Positions 9,851-19,143 of a DNA stretch of 64,000 bases are shown here, one piece after another. The notes below the pieces were generated by a model. That model made no database searches. It saw only the letters and a list, made by a program, of their open reading frames with translations, and was not told where the DNA came from. This stretch comes from an uncultured delta proteobacterium (GTDB lineage: Bacteria; Desulfobacterota; Desulfomonilia; UBA1062). Each line of letters opens with the position of its first letter. The stretch's first letter is position 1. The position numbers and the translations under genes are program-made. The stretch spans positions 1-64,000 of the forward strand of contig CAWAUM010000007.1 in the NCBI GenBank assembly GCA_963785235.1, in the 5' to 3' direction.

Positions 9851-11817
9851 ATGATACCGAACCCTTATATCTTTGCAGCGGTTTTGTTAGCGGCAATCGC
9901 CTTTTTCACATGGAGTTGTGTCCGCCGCTTCAGCCTGGTAACCATCGGCAAGCCGGAAGACCGTTTCAATAACGTAGCAGCCAGGTTGCGAGATACCTTT
10001 ATCTATGCATTTGCCCAGAAGCGGGTATTGCAGAAGCCCTTCGGTATCAACCATTTTGTCCTGTTCTGGTCATTCATGACCTTGCTGCTGGCCAACTCCG
10101 AGTTCCTTATCCACGGCGTAGTTCCCGGCCATCAGCTTCAGGTTATTGCCTGACGTGATCTACAATCCGCTGGTATTCCTTTTCGACATGGTCTCGCTGT
10201 TTGCCCTGGCCTGCGTAATCATTGCAGGTATCAGACGCATCGTTGCCCCCCCATATCCTGAAGCCATAACGCTGGACGCCTATATCATCCTTTCCATGAT
10301 TGCCATGCTCATGATCGCGTTCTTCAACCTGAAAGGCGTAGAGATCGCCATCGGTGAGGAGACGGCATCGGCCTTCATGCCGCATGTCATCCGCTGTGGC
10401 AACAGCCTTTTATGCAGGACTTACCCCTGAAAGCGCCGAGCCGCTCATCACCTTCTGGTGGTGGGTCCACGCACTGGTGCTGCTTTTCTTCCTGAACTAT
10501 CTGCCATACAGCAAGCACATGCACATCCTTTCCTCCATCCCGAGCTGCTATTTCAGACGGTTTGAAAGGCCAAACACGCTGCCTACGGAGACCTTTGTAA
10601 AGGGCAACAAATTCGGCGTGGAGACCATAGACCAGTTCACCTGGAAAGACCTCTTCGATTCCTATGCCTGTACCGAGTGCGGCAGGTGTCAGAATGTATG
10701 CCCTGCGGCAAGTACCGGCAAACCCTTAAACCCCAGGCAGGTCATCCATGATCTCAAGATCAACCTGCTCACCAACGGCCCTGCCATGAAGGAAGGCCAG
10801 AAGCCGACGATGCCGCTCATCGGCAATAATGGCGATGGCAGCATCACTGAAGACGCAATATGGTCCTGCACCACCTGCGGGGCATGCATGGAAGTATGCC
10901 CGGTCTTCATCGAGCAGATGCCCAAACTGCTCCAGCTCAGGCGCTACCTGGTGGAGATGAAGGCCCACTTCCCTGAAGAGCTCTTGAATCTCTTTGAGAA
11001 TATGGAGCAGCGCAGTAACCCGTGGGGCATCGCACCAACCGAGAGGACCAAGTGGTGCTCGCAGATCAATGTGAAGCCTTTCGATGCATCAACTGAATAT
11101 CTCCTGTACGTTGGTTGCGCCGGGGCATTTGACTCCAGGAACAAGCTGATCACCTTGGCACTTGCAAACATCCTCGATGCGGCCGGTATATCCTGGGGCA
11201 TACTGGGCAAAGATGAGCTGTGCTGCGGTGACAGTGTCCGCAGGCTTGGCAACGAGTTCGTGTTCGACAAGATGGCCAAGGACAATGTTAAGGTCTTCAA
11301 GGACAAGGGCGTAAAGAAGATCATCACCCTGTGTCCGCACTGCTTCTCGACATTGAAGAACGATTATAGGCAATATGGCTTTGAAGGTGAGGTAATCCAT
11401 CACTCAGAACTTATCAATGACCTTCTGGCCAAGGGCAAGCTGAAGCTCAAGAAGTCCGTCAACCTGGGCAAGGTCGTGTTCCATGACTCCTGTTATCTTG
11501 GACGACACAATGACATCTACGAGTCGCCCCGGGATATAATCAGCAAGGCTACCGGCAAGGACGCGCAGGAGATGGAGAGGAACCACGGAGAGTCTTTCTG
11601 CTGCGGCGCGGGCGGAGGAAGGATGTGGATGGAAGAGCACCTGGGCACCCGCATCAATCTGGAACGGGTATCTGAAGCACTTAAGACGAATCCGGACACC
11701 GTATGCGTGACATGCCCCTACTGCATGACCATGTTCGAGGATGGCCTGAAAGACAAGAACGCAGATAAGGTTGCAGTCAAGGACATTGCCGAGGTTGTGG
11801 CAGAAGCGATCAGATAA
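9851..11817 (+). CDS. Membrane-anchored Fe-S oxidoreductase (heterodisulfide-reductase-like, ETF:quinone oxidoreductase type); frameshifts ~10124 and ~10383
   Basis: N-terminal TM helices with YSKHMH; CTECGRCQNVCP; CTTCGACMEVCP; two CCG domains (CCGD, HDSCYLGR, CCGAGGG). Confidence 0.88.
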
Positions 11818-11848
11818 AAAAAACGAATTTGCTTAGCTGCAAAGTTCG

Positions 11849-11885
11849 ACGGCCTCCGGTTTTTACCGGGGGCCGTTTTGTTTGT
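11849..11885. terminator. Intrinsic terminator between convergent genes
   Basis: acggcctccggt-tttt-accgggggccgt followed by T-rich tract. Confidence 0.7.
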
Positions 11886-12429
11886 TACCCTCTTTCATGA
11901 TGTAGCGGAAAAGGCAGTGGTCCTTGCCCGTATCATGGCGTGATTGGAGTTCCAGCCTGACGTCAGGATTATATCCCTTGAGGATGGCATAATCGACATA
12001 TTTGCAGTAGAGGCGTGCATGTTCCTTGAGGCCCCATTTTTCAGCGGCCTCCATGAAGGAACAGCGTTTTACCTCCACAACCAGATCGTGGTTTTCGATG
12101 GAAGGCTTTGCCTCAAAATTTGATCCGTCGATGTCGGAATAGATGAGCCAGTTCTTCAATGTAAGCGGCTTGCCGAGCCCTTTGACCACCTGGGCGATCC
12201 TTTGCCCGCGTTCAAAGCCGAAATATTCTACCGCCTCTTTGATCAGCTTCTCCCCTTCATCCATGCCATTTTTTTCAAGGATATTTTTGCTCAGAGATGA
12301 AAAGAGCTGGGCGGCAAGGCCGAAACCTTGTGTATGGTAGGTATCACTGAGGAACTTGCGCTTCAGGAGCACATCTTTCATATACCAGTAGCTGAAACCC
12401 TTTTTCTTTTCCCTCAGAAGATCATCCAT
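11863..12429 (-). CDS. L-2-amino-thiazoline-4-carboxylate hydrolase-like (ATC hydrolase family) protein
   Basis: EAVEYFGFERG, RCSFMEAA..WG, YCKYVD...GYNP, HCLF. Confidence 0.65.
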   Translation of the reverse strand: MDDLLREKKKGFSYWYMKDVLLKRKFLSDTYHTQGFGLAAQLFSSLSKNILEKNGMDEGEKLIKEAVEYFGFERGQRIAQVVKGLGKPLTLKNWLIYSDIDGSNFEAKPSIENHDLVVEVKRCSFMEAAEKWGLKEHARLYCKYVDYAILKGYNPDVRLELQSRHDTGKDHCLFRYIMKEGNKQNGPR

Positions 12430-12595
12430 ACCATCCTCCACATAAAATATTATTTCTCTTCTACCATAATAAGCCATTCTCTTCATAGTTATCCCGTGAT
12501 GTATTCAGCGCGATAATGTAGCATTCCACCGTTACTCTCTTTTGGATTATTTTTTAGTGTGGTAGTAGAAGACTAGTTCCTATAAATAAACTTAT

Positions 12596-12716
12596 GAGCC
12601 AATTGAAAACTCAAAAAAAAGTGTCACCCCCGCGAAAGCGGGGGTCCAGAAGCTCTTGAAAAGACTGGATTCCCACTTCCGTGGGAATGACCTTCCGCAA
12701 GTTTTGCAATTTGTGC
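12596..12716 (-). mobile_element. Repeat family A copy
   Basis: gagccaattgaaaactc...gtcacccccgcgaaagcgggggtccag...ctggattcccacttccgtgggaatgac...gttttgcaatt. Confidence 0.8.
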
Positions 12717-12765
12717 TTATAATTGCGGTTTTTCTCATCAAAGGAATTCCTAAAAAGGAGTATTT

Positions 12766-12987
12766 ATGAAACGCCACTTGACAGCTATTATCGAAAGAGA
12801 AGGTAGCGGATATGTCTCTATCTGCCCGGAGCTCGATATTGCGAGCCAGGGTAATACAATCGAGACGGCACGGGATAATCTGCGTGAAGCTGTGGAGTTG
12901 TTTTTCGAGTGTGCATCCCCAGAAGAAGTAAAAGATCGTCTTCATGATGAAATCTATATAACTCAGCTTGAGGTTGCAGTTGGCTAA
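12766..12987 (+). CDS. hicB: HicB family antitoxin (short form)
   Basis: GYVSICPELDIASQGNTIETARDNLREAVEL. Confidence 0.88.
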   Translation: MKRHLTAIIEREGSGYVSICPELDIASQGNTIETARDNLREAVELFFECASPEEVKDRLHDEIYITQLEVAVG

Positions 12988-13201
12988 ACTCAAAGTATTA
13001 TCCGGTAAATCTGTTTGTGAAATCTTATTGAAAAACGGGTTCGCCGAGGTTCGAAGACGGGGAAGTCATATTGTTATGCAGTTGAAGCTGCCAGAAACAA
13101 CAAAGACAGTTCCTGTGCCCGATCATAAAGAGCTTAGGACAGGTACTCTCCTCTCCATCATCCGTCAATCAGGTCTAGCCAGAGAACTGTTTGAGGAATA
13201 A
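12980..13201 (+). CDS. hicA: HicA family toxin
   Basis: GFAEVRRRGSH, VPVPDHKELRTGTLLSIIRQSGL; TTG start overlapping hicB. Confidence 0.88.
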   Translation: MAKLKVLSGKSVCEILLKNGFAEVRRRGSHIVMQLKLPETTKTVPVPDHKELRTGTLLSIIRQSGLARELFEE

Positions 13202-13222
13202 GGCTGATAACCACACAAGATT

Positions 13223-13486
13223 ATGTTCACCTATCTGAAAGACAAGCTTGAGATCAAGTATCCCTGTAGATGGGTCTATAAGCTTTTTGGTACTGATCAA
13301 GACAGTATGCGTGAGGCTGTTGTCCAGGTCATGGCCGGTGGTGATTATACATTGACTCTGTCGCGTAGCAGCAAGAATAAGAAGTATCACTGCATGAATC
13401 TCGATGTTCAGGTAATAAGCGAAGAAGACAGGACTGAGATATTTAAGGCGCTGTCAAGCCAACAGGCCTTTGTGCATATATTATAG
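13223..13486 (+). CDS. DUF493/YbeD-like protein
   Basis: IKYPCRWVYKLFG, SRSSKNKKY. Confidence 0.75.
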   Translation: MFTYLKDKLEIKYPCRWVYKLFGTDQDSMREAVVQVMAGGDYTLTLSRSSKNKKYHCMNLDVQVISEEDRTEIFKALSSQQAFVHIL

Positions 13487-13607
13487 AGGCAATTGCAAAA
13501 CTCTCAAAATGTCATTCCTGCGAAAGCGGGAATTCAGTATTTTCAAAAAAAATCTGGACCCCCGCTTTCGCGGGGGTGACACTTTTTTTGAGTTTTGAAA
13601 TTGCCTC
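13486..13607 (+). mobile_element. Repeat family A copy, inverted relative to the 12596 copy
   Basis: gaggcaattgcaaaactc...ctggacccccgctttcgcgggggtgac...gagttttgaaattgcctc. Confidence 0.8.
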
Positions 13608-13613
13608 ATAATG

Positions 13614-14210
13614 TTAAGCCGGTTGTTCACCCGTGCGGATATCGTCATAGAATTTGGCAGTACTCACCAGAAGGTATGGTCCGATCCACAGAAAGCCGAT
13701 TCCAAGGGTGAATATCCCTACAAGAAACCAGCCGGTAAACCTTCCCACCAGGCAGGAGAGCTCCCACTTATGCCCATCCATCATGGCCTTGCTTTGCCTC
13801 ATGGCCTCCTGGCCGTCAAGTTGCGGATTGTCTGCAAGGAGGAAGAAGGTCATGGAGTATGAGAAGGCAGCAATGATGCCGGGTACGATGAGCAGCAGGC
13901 TCCAGAGAAGGACATAGAGGGTGACCAGGATATAGGCGATGAGTCCGTTCACAAAAACAGGGAAGCCGTCAAAGAGCTGGCCGGTCTTTGCATCATTGCC
14001 GCGGGCTATGGCCAGGGAAAAGATATTCAGGCCCACGAGGAGGGGGCCTCCGATTATAAAGCCGCCGATCCATCCCAGAACCGGTATTGCACTAAGACCG
14101 CATGTTATGACCAGATAAATCAGAAAGGTTGCAACAGCTATTCCCCATTTTTCTTTGAGCCGGGATCTTGCAAAATCCATAATGGCACGGTTTTCCATGG
14201 GCATAAGCAT
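13614..14210 (-). CDS. DUF975 family membrane protein
   Basis: LWSLLLIVPGIIAAFSYS, SKAMMDGHKW, GIGFLWIGPY. Confidence 0.85.
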   Translation of the reverse strand: MLMPMENRAIMDFARSRLKEKWGIAVATFLIYLVITCGLSAIPVLGWIGGFIIGGPLLVGLNIFSLAIARGNDAKTGQLFDGFPVFVNGLIAYILVTLYVLLWSLLLIVPGIIAAFSYSMTFFLLADNPQLDGQEAMRQSKAMMDGHKWELSCLVGRFTGWFLVGIFTLGIGFLWIGPYLLVSTAKFYDDIRTGEQPA

Positions 14211-14360
14211 CCTCCTGGCTTGTATTGCCTTGAATCATCACTGGCACATTATTATTGTCAGGCCATCTCATGGAGGGCAAACATTTAATAGGTGTAGCGG
14301 CCTTTTATTAGTATAACAGATATTTCATGCTGATATGTACAAATCCTGATCCTCGATGCA

Positions 14361-15071
14361 TTAATCGAGATATTTATTACGATTGAGAAGGAAGTCCCGG
14401 TAGATGAGGTAATAATCGGTCTGCTCATAATCTATTGCCTTCAAGGCCTGATGATCAAAGGATATGATTGTGGCGCCCGGGCAGCTCAGCAGGATGGGTG
14501 AGTGAGTCGCTATGATGAACTGGGCATGGCCGTCTTGGCACTGGTTCATGAGCAGCTGCACGAATTCGATCTGTCTGCGGGGTGAAAGCGCGGTCTCGGG
14601 CTCATCCATGAAGTAGAGCCCTTCAATTTTGTAACGTGACTGGAAGAATGCCATGAATGACTCGCCGTGAGACTGGGACATGAGGGACTTTCCCCCAAAA
14701 TAGTCCAACAGTTTGGGGTCTGATATGGCCCACTCATCGATGATCTTGGCAAGGTGCTGGTATCTCTCGGAGGAGAAGAACGCACCGGGTTTCTTATCAT
14801 TGCTCCAGGACACATCGATGTACTTGAACAGGTCTTCTTCAAGGGGATTATTCCCGAAACGTTCGCGCTCCTCCTCCCAGATGTGTATGCCGCAGCGCCG
14901 TGCAATTGCCTTGAGCAGCGTGGATTTGCCCGAACCGTTTTCGCCGATAAAAAAGGTGATGTTCGTTTCAAAGGCAAGCTCCGGGGTGTTGTGGAAGGCC
15001 TTGAGGTTGAAGGGATAGGTGTCGTTCACCGGATAGCTATGAGGATGGAATCTCATTTTGTTGATATGCAT
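14361..15071 (-). CDS. Predicted ABC/AAA-type ATPase (COG3910-like)
   Basis: GENGSGKST, QSHGESF, DEPETALSP, IIATHSPIL. Confidence 0.85.
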   Translation of the reverse strand: MHINKMRFHPHSYPVNDTYPFNLKAFHNTPELAFETNITFFIGENGSGKSTLLKAIARRCGIHIWEEERERFGNNPLEEDLFKYIDVSWSNDKKPGAFFSSERYQHLAKIIDEWAISDPKLLDYFGGKSLMSQSHGESFMAFFQSRYKIEGLYFMDEPETALSPRRQIEFVQLLMNQCQDGHAQFIIATHSPILLSCPGATIISFDHQALKAIDYEQTDYYLIYRDFLLNRNKYLD

Positions 15072-15141
15072 GGGCACGACCTCGTCAGGGATGGCGCAGC
15101 TTGAGAATTCATTATCATGGGGCCTGTTGATGGGCAAGGTT

Positions 15142-15366
15142 TAACCCGGATTATGCAATTAAATGAGACCATGTACACCCAATATACTCCAAGAGTGCCT
15201 TAAGGATAAAACTCGTGGTGAACGAAATTGTTTTTATAGGTCCGTTAAAATCAGTCATCTTGCAGCCCTGAAAGGACTGGGAAAATAGGCACTCTCCTAA
15301 GGCTGCAAGATGACTGATTTTAACGGATCAAGTTTTTACACATCCTAAATACAGAATCTGAGCTTA
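15142..15366 (+). mobile_element. Repeat family B copy 1 (~225 bp; internal 91-bp palindrome at 15239-15329)
   Basis: Perfect 27-bp IR tccgttaaaatcagtcatcttgcagcc; ends taacccggatt / aatctgagctta. Confidence 0.7.
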
Positions 15367-15528
15367 AGGATTACCTCCGGCCCAAACAATTTTTCATCAC
15401 TTTTGCTCAAGTCATCTTGCCGTTCATCACAGCAACGTTATTATCATCCTTGGAATATGATACAATATTCATGACAACTCGATACATTCTCATGTATCTC
15501 GTGAGTCAGGAATAAAGGAGGCATCAAG

Positions 15529-15828
15529 ATGACAAGGTTAATTACCATGCTCGTGGTTATCATAGTAATTGCAGGCTTTTCAACACTCCATGCAGCCGAT
15601 CTTCACGGCATTGTGACAGACAAGGATGGGAAGCCTGCAATCGTAAAGGTGGTGATCAAGGATGCCAAAGGGACCCAGCTTGGTGAACCGGTAACCACAG
15701 GCAAGGACGGGTCCTATGCTTTCAAAGACATCAAACCGGGGTCATACGTTGTTGTTGTCGGCGAGAAGAACGAATGGAAGATCTTTGTCGGGCCCGGGGA
15801 AACGAGACGCGATTTCTCACTGAAATAA
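15529..15828 (+). CDS. Secreted carboxypeptidase-regulatory-like (prealbumin-like) domain protein
   Basis: Signal peptide (LHA-A); GIVTDKDGKP...TGKDGSYAFKDIKPGSY. Confidence 0.7.
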   Translation: MTRLITMLVVIIVIAGFSTLHAADLHGIVTDKDGKPAIVKVVIKDAKGTQLGEPVTTGKDGSYAFKDIKPGSYVVVVGEKNEWKIFVGPGETRRDFSLK

Positions 15829-15843
15829 CAGAGACGAGGCATT

Positions 15844-16905
15844 ATGGACATTTTCGAACAGAAGCCTGAAGAGGGACAATCAGGAGAAATACGTCAAAAG
15901 AAGGACATATGGGACATCTTGAAGTCCCTGGGACCTGCGTTCCTTGCCGCTGTTGTGGCAATCATGGGCGGCTGGTACAATCTTCAGCAGACCCAGCTCA
16001 ACAAGACAACCGAGATGCGGCAGGTGTACACGAATATCATGACAGAGCGTGAAAGTTCGGACAACACAATAAGGGCCAAGATGTTCGAGATGCTTATCAA
16101 TGCCATGTTTGCCAAAGGATTCGGGACTGCAAGTGCCGGTTCCGATGATGTCCGGTCCATCAAGCAGCAGGTGATGTTTCTCGACCTGTTGTCCCGCAAC
16201 TTTGACACGGTGGACATAAAGCCGCTTTTTGAAGACCTCGACAATGAACTCACCAGGAAGATCTACGATGAAAAGGCCTATTCACGACAGCAGCGGGGAG
16301 AAAACTTCGCCTTGCGCGCCGAGTTGCGCAGGGTGGGCAGGAACCTGTCCGTCAAGCAGCTCAATGCCCTGGCTTCTCTGCCGGGGAGTGTCGTACAGGG
16401 GATCGTGATATTAAAAGACAAGGAGGGAGTTATCCAGGTTATCATGGATGAATCCGCCTCGGATGGGAATGGGGTCAAGATCCCTGTGGAGATCAAGCCC
16501 AATGACATCTCCGATGGCATGGTGGATATCTCCCTTGAATACACCAAAAGCAAGTCATCGGATAAGGCGTTCAAGGCCCCTTCGTTCATCATTACCTTCT
16601 ATGATCTGCCCTACATCGACAACAGCGTCCTTGACATAGACATGAGGGTAGGGGTTATTCTCACGAAATACGTTCCCATCCGCGATCTTGATTTGTTCAG
16701 GGACAGGCTCGACAAAAAGCTCATCAAGGATTATGAGGACCTGAAAGCGGGCGGCATTACACAATATGCCGAGCTGCGTATCATCAGATTCCCTGCAAAG
16801 TATATCGGCAACCGCGACAGGCCATATCTCCAGGAGATTATCCAGGATCTGCTGGGTGGACAGAAGAGGGAGAAGAAAGAGCAGGATATGACATCATCAA
16901 AGTGA
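15844..16905 (+). CDS. Hypothetical membrane-anchored protein
   Basis: 353-aa ORF with RBS; single N-terminal TM helix after KKDIWD. Confidence 0.7.
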   Translation: MDIFEQKPEEGQSGEIRQKKDIWDILKSLGPAFLAAVVAIMGGWYNLQQTQLNKTTEMRQVYTNIMTERESSDNTIRAKMFEMLINAMFAKGFGTASAGSDDVRSIKQQVMFLDLLSRNFDTVDIKPLFEDLDNELTRKIYDEKAYSRQQRGENFALRAELRRVGRNLSVKQLNALASLPGSVVQGIVILKDKEGVIQVIMDESASDGNGVKIPVEIKPNDISDGMVDISLEYTKSKSSDKAFKAPSFIITFYDLPYIDNSVLDIDMRVGVILTKYVPIRDLDLFRDRLDKKLIKDYEDLKAGGITQYAELRIIRFPAKYIGNRDRPYLQEIIQDLLGGQKREKKEQDMTSSK

Positions 16906-16958
16906 TATCTGGGCACAGAATGAAAACCCAACAGGGTATGGCTGAGCGGCATGAGCTG

Positions 16959-17270
16959 CTATAATGCGAGCTGGATGCAGTACAGTCCATCAAGGGCCAT
17001 ATGGATAAGCAGGCCATACGCGATCACGCGCATCTTTGGGATGACACCCATAAGAAAATAGCCTGCTATGGCAGGATAGGAATGAAGGGGATGAAACCCT
17101 ATGCTGCACCGGTTCGGGTCATAGACAGGGTTGGCCAGGAGGTGGTCCAGGTCAACAAGCATGGTCAGCATCATGATCAGCCACACCATTTTCCAGCGGT
17201 CACGGAAAAAAAACCATGAAACAAGAGCAGGTATGAGAATGTGGAGGGACAGGTGAAGCATTTGGTCCAC
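16959..17270 (-). CDS. DUF6122 family membrane protein
   Basis: VDLDHLLANPVYDPNRCSIGFHPLHS. Confidence 0.8.
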   Translation of the reverse strand: MDQMLHLSLHILIPALVSWFFFRDRWKMVWLIMMLTMLVDLDHLLANPVYDPNRCSIGFHPLHSYPAIAGYFLMGVIPKMRVIAYGLLIHMALDGLYCIQLAL

Positions 17271-17317
17271 CGGATCACCTTGTTTGTTGAAACAGAAACA
17301 GGCTCGATGTCATAAGC

Positions 17318-17812
17318 CTATTCCAGGGACAACTCAAAGAGCTGTTCATTCACTTCCACGCCCCACTGGGTTCCCGCTCGCTGCTGAACGAGCTTGAAGC
17401 CTGCTTTTTCATACAGATGACGGGCAGCCCACAGGCCCTCGAAGGTCCACAGATACACCTGCTTGTGGCCGCTGCTTCTGCAGAAATCCATGGCTGTCGT
17501 TATGAGCCGTTTGCCTGCACCCTGGCCCCTTATTTCATCCGACACGATGAAATACCGCAGGTGTGCCCCTTTGGTGTCGGAATGGATCCCGTCAATGGAG
17601 AGATGGCCTTCAATGCGGCCATGGCGCAAGGCTGTCCAGAAGCCGTCTCGATTTTCGTCGTATCGTCCGAGGAATTCCGAAAGGTCAGTTGCGCACATGG
17701 CCTCGAAGATGAGTCCGAACCCCCAATGCTTGTGATAGTAGGTCCCATTGAGTTCGGCAACGCGGCCGATTGCACCGGGGGAATAACCTCTGACGATCTC
17801 GATATCAGGCAT
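17318..17812 (-). CDS. GNAT family N-acetyltransferase
   Basis: RGQGAGKRL, YLWTFEGL.AARHLYEKAGF. Confidence 0.88.
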   Translation of the reverse strand: MPDIEIVRGYSPGAIGRVAELNGTYYHKHWGFGLIFEAMCATDLSEFLGRYDENRDGFWTALRHGRIEGHLSIDGIHSDTKGAHLRYFIVSDEIRGQGAGKRLITTAMDFCRSSGHKQVYLWTFEGLWAARHLYEKAGFKLVQQRAGTQWGVEVNEQLFELSLE

Positions 17813-17829
17813 ATGAAAGACCCACCGGT

Positions 17830-18504
17830 TTATCCTTTCGGGTTTTCCTGCTCGACCTCACGGTCGAAGTCGGCATCCTGATTCCATGAATCGTCAGGCT
17901 GATATTCCCTGCGGAAGGTCTCCATCATATCGTTGAGCGGGACATCAACGAATTCTCCCCGATACCGGAGGTATTCCATGTGCATGTTACCCTCGAGGTC
18001 AAAGGGGTGGTAGATAGAGTCGGTTATACCGTTAAACTCCAAGGGGTGAAACCCGAACTTCTCGCAGAGTTCTATGTTGAAGGCAGGTGTCGCCTTTACC
18101 CACCGGCCATCCAGAAAGATTGACGTATACCCGTGCCAGAAGAACACGTCGGTCTTCATGATCGCACGCATGCGCGCAGTGGTGAGATGGTTGCGCACAT
18201 CGGCAAAACCGATCCGGGCAGGAATCTTCACAACCCGGCAGCAGGCCGCCAGAAGTATGGCCTTGGACACGCACCAACCCTTAAGGGCGCCCAGTGTCGT
18301 GCTCGCCTTCAGCCCGTTGATGGTCAGGTCGAGGGTATAGGGGTCGTATCGTATCCCATCCCTGACTGCATAGTACAGGTGTATGGCCAGCTCTTTGGGG
18401 TCAGGGGAGCTGCCCATGTTCCTGCGGGCAAAATCCATGACCGACGGGTTGTCGCTGTCTACGGTTGCAGATGCCTCACAATATTGTGTCAAGTCCGGAA
18501 TCAT
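17830..18504 (-). CDS. Transglutaminase-like protein
   Basis: VRDGIRYDPY, GWCVSKA, WHGY, WVKATP. Confidence 0.85.
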   Translation of the reverse strand: MIPDLTQYCEASATVDSDNPSVMDFARRNMGSSPDPKELAIHLYYAVRDGIRYDPYTLDLTINGLKASTTLGALKGWCVSKAILLAACCRVVKIPARIGFADVRNHLTTARMRAIMKTDVFFWHGYTSIFLDGRWVKATPAFNIELCEKFGFHPLEFNGITDSIYHPFDLEGNMHMEYLRYRGEFVDVPLNDMMETFRREYQPDDSWNQDADFDREVEQENPKG

Positions 18505-18563
18505 TGTGCATTTCTACTCTCAAGCTCACAGATGGTCAAGTCCGGGTGCACCGATCTTTTATG

Positions 18564-18794
18564 TAACCAAGATAGTGCGGTTTCGTTGCGAAAACCTTTA
18601 TCCGTTAAAATCAGTCATCTCGCAGCCTCTAAGGAATGCTAATTTTCCCGGTTCATCAAGGTTGCGAGATGACAGATTTTAACGGACCTAATTTAAAAGC
18701 AATGCCCATGGATATTACCTCCGTTTGAAAAAAAACTGTCTTTTATCCTTGACAATCAGCAAGATAGTACGTACGGATAGGCACAATCTGAAAT
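18564..18794 (-). mobile_element. Repeat family B copy 2 (palindrome 18601-18688), inverted; outer end degenerate
   Basis: tccgttaaaatcagtcatctcgcagcc...ggttgcgagatgacagattttaacggacc. Confidence 0.65.
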
Positions 18795-18936
18795 GCGAGT
18801 CGGTCTTACCTGAATTATCCTTTCACTAAGACATCCGGCAGCCCTTTGTGTCGTTATGTCGATACTTCACGTCTTTCAGAAAACGGGCAATTTAAAGCGT
18901 ACGCTCGCGAGAGAAGCTGAAAGTGGAGGCAGAGAC

Positions 18937-18981
18937 ATGGTGAAATCAGCAATTATACGATTCATCAAAGGGAAAAGGTAG
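18937..18981 (+). other. Putative 14-aa upstream ORF (MVKSAIIRFIKGKR) in the helicase leader
   Basis: GGAGG 7 nt upstream of ATG. Confidence 0.35.
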
Positions 18982-19143
18982 CCGTATCAAGTTATTCCGC
19001 AACAATTCCGAACAGGACAAGATCTGTCAGGAGTCTTTAAGCAGTTCCGCTGAAACGAATCCCAGTGGTTCCCACAAAGACAGGGCCTGCCCCTTGAGGA
19101 GCAGAGACCCCTTGTCAGAAACACTATAAACAAAGGAGCATCA

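Noticed and set aside
12592-12993. Antisense ORFs containing WTPAFAGVT / VIPAKAGIQ peptides (also 2383-3105, 5457-5879, 48638-48868)
   Set aside because: These are translations of the family-A palindromes or shadows of real genes, not proteins.
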